From Betaproteobacteria bacterium (GTDB lineage: Bacteria; Pseudomonadota; Gammaproteobacteria; Burkholderiales; SHXO01): DNA of 64,000 bases. The translations under genes and the position numbers were made by a program. The notes beneath the pieces were generated by a model, which worked only from the letters and a program-made list of their open reading frames with translations, did not search any database and was not told where the DNA came from. The stretch is from assembly GCA_009693245.1 (NCBI GenBank), contig SHXO01000003.1, positions 4,207 to 68,206 of the forward strand, read 5' to 3'. Below, piece by piece: positions 40,555-48,646 of the stretch (positions are counted from its first letter, which is position 1; each line of letters opens with the position of its first letter).

Positions 40555-41523
40555 ATGAATCCCTGGAAAATCTTCTGTCTTGCCTTCGCGATGTCACTTG
40601 CGGCGAGTGCGCAAGCCGCGGACCCCTATCCCAGCAAAACCATTCGTTGGGTCGTGCCCTGGCCCGCGGGTGGCATCGCCGACACGCAAGCGCGCTTGCT
40701 GGCCGAACAGCTCTCGAAGGTGCTCGGCAAACCGGTGATGGTGGATAACCGTCCAGGGGCCAGCGGCGTGACCGGGGCGGACATCGTGGCCAAGGCCAAG
40801 CCCGACGGGCTTACCTTCACCTGGGCTTCTCCCAACGAGCAAGCCATCGCCAAGGCCATAGGCATGAGCGTTCCCTACGATGCGGAAAAGGACTTCACGC
40901 CCATCACCCAATTTCTACGCCGCCCCATGGTGCTGGTGGTCAATGCGGAGCGAAACGTTGGCACTCTCAAGGAACTGGCGGATCTGGCCAAGGCAAAGGC
41001 GGGGCGCATGAGTTACGGCACCGCCGGTGTGGCCCACCTGAATCACTTCATGGGAGAAATGTTCAAGCGCCGCCTGGGGCTCGATGTGGTATCGGTGCCC
41101 TACAAGGGCGAAGCGCCCATGGTGACCGACATCGTTGGCGGTCAGGTGGATTATGGCTTCGGCTTCACCGCCACCGTCGAGCCCCTGGTCAAGTCTGGCC
41201 GCCTGCGCGCGCTTGCGATCTCCGGCAAGAAACGCGCGCCGCAACTACCCGGCGTGCCCACCTTCGCGGAACTGGGCTACCCCGATTTGGAGATGACGAT
41301 CTGGATTGGCGTGGTGGGGCCCGCCGGCATGCCGCTGGAAATCGTGAACCGGCTGCACAGCGAGTTCAGCAAGATACTCAACGACCCCGCCTTCCGGTCG
41401 CGCCGGGAGTTCGCCGACTCGGAAATAGTGATGAGCAAGCCTGAAGAATTCCGCGCGCACCTCGCCTCCGAGCGCGTGCGCTGGATGAAACTCGTGAAGG
41501 AGACGGGCATCGGCGTGGAGTAA
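40555..41523 (+). CDS. Bug-family tripartite tricarboxylate transporter substrate-binding protein
   Basis: Signal peptide, then YPSKTIRWVVPWPAGG, typical of TctC/Bug proteins. Confidence 0.85.
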   Translation: MNPWKIFCLAFAMSLAASAQAADPYPSKTIRWVVPWPAGGIADTQARLLAEQLSKVLGKPVMVDNRPGASGVTGADIVAKAKPDGLTFTWASPNEQAIAKAIGMSVPYDAEKDFTPITQFLRRPMVLVVNAERNVGTLKELADLAKAKAGRMSYGTAGVAHLNHFMGEMFKRRLGLDVVSVPYKGEAPMVTDIVGGQVDYGFGFTATVEPLVKSGRLRALAISGKKRAPQLPGVPTFAELGYPDLEMTIWIGVVGPAGMPLEIVNRLHSEFSKILNDPAFRSRREFADSEIVMSKPEEFRAHLASERVRWMKLVKETGIGVE

Positions 41524-41626
41524 GGGCGGCGATGGCAAGCGGCCCGCACGCCATCGAGGGTTGCAGGTCAACGGCAAGCGGGAGCGCACGAGAGTTTCGC
41601 CGCCTTCCTCTGTTGGCGAGCGCGGC

Positions 41627-43633
41627 TTACGCGCCGAAGAGTTTCGAAAACCGCGGATCGTCCTTCATCGATTCGAGCCTCTCCATTGTGTAGCGGTATC
41701 CGGTATCCACGATTTGGTCGATGGACTCGAAGTCCAGGATGCCGAATTTATCGATGGGCGGGCGCAGGCAGACATCCGCATCGCGTTTGACTTCGACCGC
41801 CTTCTGGTTGCTACTCACTTCCGTGGTTCGCAGCAATAGCGCGGCGATATTCGGTACGTCCACTTTCTTGACGAAGGGCAGGAAGTAACTCCAGAGCAAT
41901 TTCCACGGCGAGGGGAATTCGGCGACACCGAAGGAAAAGCCCCGCTCGGAACCCACGTCGATCACCATCACGGTTTGGCAGGCGCGCTTGCGCATCAAAT
42001 CTCCTGGCAGGTTGTTGACCACCGCCCCATCGACATAGACGTTCCCGTCGCGCATGACAGGAACGAAGATTCCCGGCAGAGCGGAACTAGCGCGCACCGC
42101 TTTCCATAGGGATCCCCTGTCCAGCAAAACCATCTCGCTCGCCGTGAGGTTGCAGGCTACGCAAAAGAAACTCAGCCACAGGTCTTCGATGTTCGTGTTG
42201 CCGTAAACGTCTTTTGCCCAGCGGTCCAGCACGCGGGTGCGAATGAGGGACACCATGGGAATGGTGTACTCCTTGTGCGGCTTGTACTTGAGCCAGCCGG
42301 TGCGGGAGATTTCCAGGATCTCCTTCCAACCGAGCCCCATGCCGAAGGCGGCGGAGATCACCGCGCCCATGCTGGTACCGCCGATCATGTCCACGGGGAG
42401 ACCGGCTTCCTCGAACGCGCGGATAACGCCTATGTGGGCCAGCCCGCGCGCGCCGCCTCCGCCGAACACCAATCCCGTGGCGGTACCGGCGAGGCAGCGA
42501 GCCACCCGGTTGAAATCGCTCTCGGCGTCTAGGCGTAAATGAAAATGCCGGTGCAAGGCTCTCCCCGCGAGCCAGGCATCGGTTCCGCTCGGGCTGCGTT
42601 CCCCGCCTGGATGCAACAGCAGCAAGGTTTGCCGAGCATTGGGAGCGCTTGCACCCTCATGGATGAGCGTGTGTTCGAGGCCGCGCACGGCCGGCTCGCT
42701 AGAAGTGTGCGCCACGAGCAATATTTCGTTGGCCTGGCGCAAGCAACGCCTTGTCCATTCGCAATCCTTCGCCTCGGTTTCGTAGACGATGAAGCGGTAG
42801 GCCGATTCCTGGTTATACAACCAGGCATTCAGGAGAATTCCGCCCGCGCTTTCTTTCTCCGAATTGGCGATGCGGGGCCGGTTGAGGGCTTGGTCCACGC
42901 GCTGCGAAGACAGATGCAAGGCGGGGCCGATGGATTCGAATGCCTTCACCAGGCGTTGCGTGAAACCCGAGGGAAGAGGATCGCCGCCGATGCCCAGCAC
43001 GGCCAGGCATGTCCCCGGTTTTCCGTGCGCGGTATCGCTTTTTTCCTTGGTCCGCAGGCGCCGCACGACGACCTGGGCAATGGCTTGCATCACTTTCGGA
43101 TATTTCTCGATGATGCGGTCGAAGACTTCCTTGGAAAGACACACAAGGTCGCTGTCGCGCACCGCGAGAATGGTCGCGGAGCGCGGCTCACCGGTAAGTA
43201 GGGCGACTTCGCCGATACTCTCGCCGCGCGCGATCTCGCTCAATATGGCGCCGTCCGCGGCGATGGCGCGCAAGCGGCCCGAGACCACGAAATACATGTC
43301 CTGGCTCGTCTCGCCGATAGTGAAAAGTTTTTCCCCGGCTCGCAGGCGCACCCATTGAATCTGGGATTCCACATAACTCAATGCGGCTTGGCTCATGGGT
43401 CCAAACAACCGGCTGAGGCTCGTGGCGAGCTGGTCACGGGCGACGCGCTGCCGGATACCTTCCGACATCTGAGCGATGGCTTCCGGCGCGCGCTGGCCAA
43501 TATCATCGAAAGTTTGCGCCGGAACCTTGATCACCACGGCCGCCTCGGTCGCCGAAACGGTGGCGGTGTTGCACGAGCGCTTCGTACATTTCCTCCAATT
43601 GGTCATAATTGCCGCCAAGGCGGGTGGTGCCAT
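41627..43633 (-). CDS. cyclic-nucleotide-binding + patatin-like phospholipase (NTE family), apparently 5'-truncated
   Basis: One complete cNMP-binding domain (...GEPRSATILAVRDSDLVCLSKEVFDRIIEKYPKVMQAI) and a patatin domain (GGGGARG...GTSMG). Only the last ~30 aa of an upstream cNMP domain remain (TATVSATEAAVVIKVPAQTFDDIGQRAPEAIAQM). Confidence 0.8.
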   Translation of the reverse strand: MAPPALAAIMTNWRKCTKRSCNTATVSATEAAVVIKVPAQTFDDIGQRAPEAIAQMSEGIRQRVARDQLATSLSRLFGPMSQAALSYVESQIQWVRLRAGEKLFTIGETSQDMYFVVSGRLRAIAADGAILSEIARGESIGEVALLTGEPRSATILAVRDSDLVCLSKEVFDRIIEKYPKVMQAIAQVVVRRLRTKEKSDTAHGKPGTCLAVLGIGGDPLPSGFTQRLVKAFESIGPALHLSSQRVDQALNRPRIANSEKESAGGILLNAWLYNQESAYRFIVYETEAKDCEWTRRCLRQANEILLVAHTSSEPAVRGLEHTLIHEGASAPNARQTLLLLHPGGERSPSGTDAWLAGRALHRHFHLRLDAESDFNRVARCLAGTATGLVFGGGGARGLAHIGVIRAFEEAGLPVDMIGGTSMGAVISAAFGMGLGWKEILEISRTGWLKYKPHKEYTIPMVSLIRTRVLDRWAKDVYGNTNIEDLWLSFFCVACNLTASEMVLLDRGSLWKAVRASSALPGIFVPVMRDGNVYVDGAVVNNLPGDLMRKRACQTVMVIDVGSERGFSFGVAEFPSPWKLLWSYFLPFVKKVDVPNIAALLLRTTEVSSNQKAVEVKRDADVCLRPPIDKFGILDFESIDQIVDTGYRYTMERLESMKDDPRFSKLFGA

Positions 43634-44903
43634 CGATCAAGAGAGGAGCCACGCGCTCCACGTTGCGCAAACCGTAGTCCGCCGCTTCAATGGGATTGGC
43701 GCCGATCACGTTGGTGTTCACGCCGGGATCGATATGGGCGGAGGAGTCCTCTCCTCCGAATCGCAGCTTGGGATCGTTGACCTGCTTGGCGGCCAGCTCA
43801 TAGAGCTCGGCGCTCTCGGAATCCGTGTTGAGCAACGCCGAGACGTTGTTTCCCTCCCGCATGACGAGCCGGATGAACTGGCGGTAACCCCACTCGATGG
43901 CGAAATAATCATAGGGGCCGAAGCGCGGCAGCAGATAGGCGTTGTCGCCTGGTTGCGCGACGTAATTCAAGCGCTAGTAATCCATGATGGAGGCCGAGTT
44001 TCCCCATTTGCGCGTCCACTCCGGGTCGCGCAATTGCGCCACCGAATAGGCCGAATGTCCCTTGAAGTTATGGCGCAATCCCAAGGCATGGCAGATCTCG
44101 TGGGATACGATGTAGCGCAGCATGTCGCCGATAATCTCCTTGGACAAGGGGAGCTTGCTGGCGCGCGGGTCCAAGGGCGAGATTTGGGTGAAATACCAGG
44201 TTTCCGCCAGCCGCAGCACGTCGTGCCAGAAAATAGCGTGAGAAGAGATGACTTCACCGCTGCGCGGATCGATGACCGCTGGCCCCATGGCGTTTTGGCG
44301 GCCGCTGGGCGTCCAGCGCACGACGTTGTAGCGAACGTCTTCCGGATCCCAGTTCGGGTCCTCCGCCGGCGTGGGAGCATCGCGCGCGATGATGGCGTTG
44401 CGAAATCCGGCGTGCTCGAACAGCGGTTTCCAATCCTCGATGCCGAGCTTGATGGCGGAGCGCCACTACTGGGGAACCTCATCGCTTAGGTAAAACACGA
44501 TAGGCTTGACGGGTTCGGATACCTGAGCGAACAAATCCTTCTTCTCCAGGTGGTAACGCTGAATGAAAGCCCGGCTGACCTTGCCGGTCTCGCTCGAACC
44601 GTAGTCATCGAAGGGGATCGAGAAGTACCCGATCCGCTCGTCCGCGTAACGCCCGTGCATGGGCTCCTTGGGGAGCAGATGAATGCTCATGTGAAAGATG
44701 AAACCCAGCGCCGGAACCCGCTTCTCATCTTCTTCACCCGGCTTGAACAGTTCGTTGGGATCCGCCATCCAAGTTTGATAGAAGCGAATATCTATGCTCT
44801 CGGGGAAGGCCTTTACCGTGTGAATATAGGAACGGCGCGGGTCCACGTGGCGCATGCGGAAATGCCGCATGGTCAATTCATCATGGTTGCGATCCTGCCA
44901 TTT
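43565..44903 (-). pseudogene. zinc-dependent metalloprotease remnant (DUF5117/DUF4953-type), both ends missing, two in-frame TAG
   Basis: The track fragments 44466-44876, 43974-44321 and 43503-43970 form a single frame, interrupted by TAG at 44466-44468 and 43974-43976. The HEICHALGLRHN zinc motif is present. Confidence 0.75.
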
Positions 44904-44922
44904 TTATGCCATTCTCCCAACC

Positions 44923-45168
44923 ATGAAAACAACTATTGACGCCGCCGGCCGTATCGTCGTTCCAAAGGCGATGCGCCAGGCCCTGGGCCTGAAGCCTGGC
45001 CATCCGCTTGAAATCCGGGCGGGTGACGGGCGTCTTGAGATCGAGATCGCGCCCACGGCGATGCAGCTGAAAAAACGGGGGAAGGGAGTGGTAGCGGTCC
45101 CGGACACCGAGTTACCGGTGCTTACCGCCGATCAAGTCCGGGATACATTGGAGCGAGTTCGGCGTTGA
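44923..45168 (+). CDS. vapB: AbrB/SpoVT-family antitoxin
   Basis: MKTTIDAAGRIVVPKAMRQALGL is a swapped-hairpin motif. There is a 4-nt overlap with the PIN gene. Confidence 0.75.
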   Translation: MKTTIDAAGRIVVPKAMRQALGLKPGHPLEIRAGDGRLEIEIAPTAMQLKKRGKGVVAVPDTELPVLTADQVRDTLERVRR

Positions 45169-45569
45169 AGGCGGCGGACACCAGCCTGGTGATCGCCGCT
45201 TTTGCATCCTGGCACGAGAACCACGAGGCGGCGCGGCGCTCGCTCGATATCGGGTTGCGTCTGGTCGAGCACTGCGCACTCGAAACATACTCGGTACTTA
45301 CCCGTCTTCCTCCTCCTCACCGAATTTCCAGCATCGTCGCCCAGGAGTTTCTGGAGACACGCTTTCCTCAGCCGTTCCTTCGGTTGAGTGCCAAGGCATA
45401 CAAGGAATTTATTCTTGAATTGCCGGACCACGGAATCACCGGCGGTGCGGCATACGACGCGCTCGTGGCGGCGACCGCGGCGGCTTTCGGCGCCGAACTC
45501 GTTACCTGTGACCGGCGCGCCATGCCGGTTTATGAACGATACGGATTGCGCACCCAATTCTTCGATTGA
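45165..45569 (+). CDS. vapC: PIN-domain ribonuclease toxin
   Basis: TTG start. Acidic residues occur at PIN positions (ADTSLVIAA, ...ALETY..., AAYDALVAA, VTCDRRA). Confidence 0.75.
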   Translation: MKAADTSLVIAAFASWHENHEAARRSLDIGLRLVEHCALETYSVLTRLPPPHRISSIVAQEFLETRFPQPFLRLSAKAYKEFILELPDHGITGGAAYDALVAATAAAFGAELVTCDRRAMPVYERYGLRTQFFD

Positions 45570-45637
45570 GAGCACGCTCGCCGATTATGGTGGCGCCGCC
45601 AGGAGAATAAGGTCCGGCACGCCGGTGCAAACCCACA

Positions 45638-45667
45638 TTGACAGCCCCTCCCGGTTAACGGTACTGT
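45638..45667 (+). promoter_or_regulatory. sigma-70-like promoter candidate for metZ leader
   Basis: TTGACA (45638-45643), an 18-nt spacer, then TACTGT (45662-45667). Confidence 0.45.
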
Positions 45668-45674
45668 CCTTCCT

Positions 45675-45725
45675 GCGCCGATTTGAGCCACAGCTTGCGG
45701 GCGCCTTATAAATCCAGCTAAAGCG
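45675..45725 (+). promoter_or_regulatory. SAM-II-like (metA-type) pseudoknot riboswitch candidate
   Basis: GCGCC-GAUUUGAGCCACAGCUUGC-GGCGC stem-loop, then CUUAUAAAUCCAGCUAAAGCG, whose AAGC can pair with the loop GCUU. It lies upstream of a methionine-biosynthesis gene. No covariance model was run. Confidence 0.5.
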
Positions 45726-45731
45726 TCGGAC

Positions 45732-45772
45732 AACCCGTTCGAGCTTTTACGCTGAACGGGTTTTTGTTTTTT
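45732..45772 (+). terminator. leader (attenuator) intrinsic terminator
   Basis: aacccgttc-13 nt-gaacgggtt followed by tttttgtttttt. It ends immediately before the ggagg RBS of metZ. Confidence 0.8.
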
Positions 45773-45783
45773 GGAGGTCCAAA

Positions 45784-46959
45784 ATGTTAGATGCCGATCT
45801 GTCCACGCTGGCCGTGCGCGCCGGTATTCACCGCAGCCAATTCAACGAGCACTGCGAACCGCTGTTCCTCACCTCTAGCTTTGTCTTCGAGAGCGCGGCG
45901 CAAGCCCAAGCCCGCTTCGCGGGGACCGATGAGGGGCCGGTCTATGGCAGGTACACCAACCCCACCGTGAGCGCCTTCGAGGAGCGTCTGGCGGCGCTGG
46001 AGGGGGCTGAGTGCTGCGTGGCCTTCGCCTCCGGAATGGCGGCCATCATGGGGTGCGTGATGGGGTTGCTAAAGTCCGGTGACCATATCGTCGCCTCGCA
46101 AAGTTTGTTCGGCGCGACCGTGCAATTGCTGGCGAATCAATTTTCGAAATTCGGTGTGCGCACCACCTTCGTCACTGGCACGGAACCCGCCGCCTGGGAA
46201 GCCGCCGTGGAACCCAGCACGAAGCTGATGTTCCTGGAGACACCGTCCAATCCCCTCACCCAGGTCTACGACATCGCCGCGTTTGCGCGCATCGCCCGCG
46301 CCAAGGGAATATGGCTGGCGGTGGACAACTGCTTTTGCACACCGGTGCTGCAACGCCCTCTCGATCTGGGTGCGGACATCGTGATTCACTCGGCCACCAA
46401 ATTTCTGGACGGCCAAGGCCGCGTGCTGGGCGGTGCCGTGCTGGGCAAGAAAGAATTGATTCAGCAGAGTCTCACGACCTTTCTGCGCAACGCGGGGCCG
46501 ACGTTGAGCCCCTTCAACGCCTGGTTGATCTTGAAGGGCATGGAGACGCTCAAAATCCGCATGGAAGCGCAGTCGGCATCGGCCTTGGCGCTGGCGGCAT
46601 GGCTGGAATCTCATCCCAGGGTGGCGCGAGTGTACTACCCAGGGCTACGCAGCCATCCGCAGTACGAGCTTGCGTCGCGGCAGCAGAAACTGGGCGGAGC
46701 GATTCTTTCCTTCGAGGTGCGCGGCGGGCAAGAGGCGGCGTGGCGCGTGATCGATCGCACGCAACTTATTTCCATCACCGCCAATTTGGGCGATGTGAAG
46801 ACGACCATCACCCATCCGGCTACCACCACGCATTTGCGCGTCACGCCCGAGACGCGCGCCGCCGCGGGCATCACGGAAAGATTGATTCGCCTCGCGATAG
46901 GGCTGGAGTCGGCCGAAGACTTGAAGCGGGATTTGGAGAGGGGTTTGAACGCGATCTAA
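45784..46959 (+). CDS. metZ: O-succinylhomoserine sulfhydrylase (Cys/Met-metabolism PLP family)
   Basis: 391 aa, LAVRAG...LFLTSSFVF...YGRYTNPT...SATKFLDG. Confidence 0.82.
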   Translation: MLDADLSTLAVRAGIHRSQFNEHCEPLFLTSSFVFESAAQAQARFAGTDEGPVYGRYTNPTVSAFEERLAALEGAECCVAFASGMAAIMGCVMGLLKSGDHIVASQSLFGATVQLLANQFSKFGVRTTFVTGTEPAAWEAAVEPSTKLMFLETPSNPLTQVYDIAAFARIARAKGIWLAVDNCFCTPVLQRPLDLGADIVIHSATKFLDGQGRVLGGAVLGKKELIQQSLTTFLRNAGPTLSPFNAWLILKGMETLKIRMEAQSASALALAAWLESHPRVARVYYPGLRSHPQYELASRQQKLGGAILSFEVRGGQEAAWRVIDRTQLISITANLGDVKTTITHPATTTHLRVTPETRAAAGITERLIRLAIGLESAEDLKRDLERGLNAI

Positions 46960-47675
46960 CTCAGGCGAACTGCTTGGCATCCGCTCGCGTCGCAGCGCAG
47001 GTATTCGCCATGCGTGTACCAATCCGATAGCACCCAGCGTTCGCGGGCGGTGCCACCCACTGTATGTTCATGCCGGGCGGGCCGGTGCGTGTGCCCGTGG
47101 ATGATCCGCTCGCATGGGTGGGTGCGAAAGGCGCTCTCGACAGCGGTTTGGGTGACGTCCATGATCTCGCTGGACTTGATCTGTTTTTCCTTCTCGCTGA
47201 AGCGTCGGGTTCGCTCCACCAACTTAAGGCGCGAAGACAAAGGCAAGGCTAGGAACAACCACTGCACGATGGGATTGCGCGCGCGCTTGCGAAAGGCTTG
47301 GTAGCGCACGTCGTCCGTGCACAGCGTGTCGCCGTGCATGAGCAAGGTGGGGTGACCGTGGAGGTCGATGAGCACGGGGTCCTCGATGATCCGTGCGCCG
47401 CTTTGTTTCTCGAAGCGTGACTTCAAAAGAAAATCCCGGTTGCCGCGCATGACGAAAATGGGAGTCTCGCCGCTCAACGTATGCAGGGCTTCCACCACCA
47501 GGGAATTGAACTCCAGGCCGATGGCATCGTCACCGATCCAGTGCTCGAAAAGATCGCCCAAGATGTAGAGGGCGATGGCGCGGGTGGCGTCCTCCTTCAG
47601 GAATCGCAGAAAGACTTGCGTAATGCCTGGCCTTTCCGGGCTTAGATGGAGATCCGATACGAAGGCGGTGAACAT
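46956..47675 (-). CDS. lpxH: UDP-2,3-diacylglucosamine diphosphatase
   Basis: MFTAFVSDLHL...GDLFEHWIGDD...GNRD...HGHTH. Confidence 0.93.
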   Translation of the reverse strand: MFTAFVSDLHLSPERPGITQVFLRFLKEDATRAIALYILGDLFEHWIGDDAIGLEFNSLVVEALHTLSGETPIFVMRGNRDFLLKSRFEKQSGARIIEDPVLIDLHGHPTLLMHGDTLCTDDVRYQAFRKRARNPIVQWLFLALPLSSRLKLVERTRRFSEKEKQIKSSEIMDVTQTAVESAFRTHPCERIIHGHTHRPARHEHTVGGTARERWVLSDWYTHGEYLRCDASGCQAVRLS

Positions 47676-47677
47676 TC

Positions 47678-47761
47678 TTAGGGGCTAGGATTTAGGATCA
47701 AGGATATGGAACCCCGTGGCGCGACTCCAGGTTTCCAGATCCTTGATCCTAGATCCTCGCC
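47678..47761 (-). repeat. AGGAT-heptad / ATCCT-heptad hairpin module between ppiB and lpxH
   Basis: In mRNA sense the module reads (AGGATCT AGGATCA AGGAT), a 33-nt loop, then (ATCCTTG ATCCTAA ATCCTAG CCCC) TAAGA ATG. The arms match 19/21 in my alignment. Confidence 0.85.
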
Positions 47762-47762
47762 T

Positions 47763-48254
47763 TCAAGCCTCCTCGGCCTTGGTGATGACGACGTCGTCCA
47801 CGGGGACGTCGCGGTGAAAACCCTTGGTGCCAGTCTTCACTTTCTTGATCTGGTCCACGACTTCCGTACCCGAGACCACTTTTCCGAACACGCAGTAGCC
47901 GAACTCCTGGGGCGTGGGGGCGCGGTAGTCGAGAAAGTCGTTGTCCGTGGCGTTGATGAAGAACTGGCTCGATGCCGAGTGCGGGTCGGGAGTGCGCGCC
48001 ATCGCCACGGTGTAGGCGCTGTTCTTGAGTCCGTTAGCCGCTTCGTTCTTGATGTTCGCCCCAGAGGTCTTCTCTTTCATGCCGAGTTCGAAACCGCCGC
48101 CTTGAATCATGAATCCGTCGATGACGCGATGGAATACCGTGTTCGTGTAGAAGCCGCTTCGTACGTATTCGAGAAAATTGGCTACAGTGACGGGAGCTTT
48201 CTCGGCATCCAGTTCTATGGAGATGACGCCGAAGTTCGTGTGCAGATTGACCAT
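47763..48254 (-). CDS. ppiB: peptidylprolyl isomerase B (cytoplasmic cyclophilin)
   Basis: [16 protein letters not shown]...[14 protein letters not shown], with ATG at 48254. Confidence 0.93.
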   Translation of the reverse strand: MVNLHTNFGVISIELDAEKAPVTVANFLEYVRSGFYTNTVFHRVIDGFMIQGGGFELGMKEKTSGANIKNEAANGLKNSAYTVAMARTPDPHSASSQFFINATDNDFLDYRAPTPQEFGYCVFGKVVSGTEVVDQIKKVKTGTKGFHRDVPVDDVVITKAEEA

Positions 48255-48259
48255 GTGTC

Positions 48260-48607
48260 TTAGTTGTCCTTGAGTATTTTGATGTGCTCGATGACGAGAG
48301 GCCGCGCGGGTTGGTCGCCGGCAAAATCGCCTCCCGAGATGATACCGGGCTCCACCATCTTCTTGAGGGTGCCGAGCCCGCGTATGACCTTGCCGAACGC
48401 GCAATAGTAAGCACTCGTACCATCGTGCCCATAATAGAAATCGCTGTTGTCACCGATGTTGATGAAAAACTCGGAGGTGGCGGAGTCCGGCTCGATTTCA
48501 ATGCTCCCGGCATTGGTTTTGACTTCCACGCTGGAAACAGCGAAGGCGGCGGGGGACAGCCAAAGCGCGCATAGCAAGCCCCACAAACCGCGGATAGATT
48601 TTTTCAT
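48260..48607 (-). CDS. degenerate periplasmic cyclophilin-like protein lacking the catalytic core
   Basis: Signal peptide [23 protein letters not shown]. The cyclophilin N-terminal strand ([13 protein letters not shown]) joins directly to the C-terminal third ([14 protein letters not shown]...). About 70 aa present in PpiB are missing. Confidence 0.55.
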   Translation of the reverse strand: MKKSIRGLWGLLCALWLSPAAFAVSSVEVKTNAGSIEIEPDSATSEFFINIGDNSDFYYGHDGTSAYYCAFGKVIRGLGTLKKMVEPGIISGGDFAGDQPARPLVIEHIKILKDN

Positions 48608-48618
48608 GCTGAAATATC

Positions 48619-48646
48619 CAGCGCTTGACCGCCAGGTCAAGCGCTG
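48619..48646 (-). other. 12-bp perfect hairpin spanning the stop codon of the L,D-transpeptidase gene
   Basis: cagcgcttgacc (48619-48630) pairs with ggtcaagcgctg (48635-48646). Confidence 0.7.

Noticed and set aside
41627-43633. The cNMP-binding patatin phospholipase as an effector of a cyclic-nucleotide antiphage system (CBASS or Pycsar-like), given the nearby vapBC module and pseudogenes.
   Set aside because: No cyclase, CD-NTase or other partner gene is adjacent. The architecture matches the widespread NTE-like housekeeping family, and the gene itself appears 5'-truncated. There is no sequence-level support for a defence operon.
43974-44468. Possible amber (TAG) reassignment or programmed readthrough. 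All three internal stops found in otherwise coherent ORFs are TAG (43974-76, 44466-68 and 55039-41).
   Set aside because: TAG terminates at least ten conserved genes here at their expected C-termini: bdhA 570, hydrolase 1003, aroG 2454, DUF502 7099, aroC 16152, leuC 20857, fimV 26804, truA 27727, accD 31481, cysS 52499 and the GGDEF-EAL gene 52892. In a GC-rich genome TAG is the nonsense codon most accessible by a single mutation, from CAG, GAG, AAG, TGG, TCG, TTG or TAC. The protease remnant is also truncated at both ends, which favours plain pseudogenisation.
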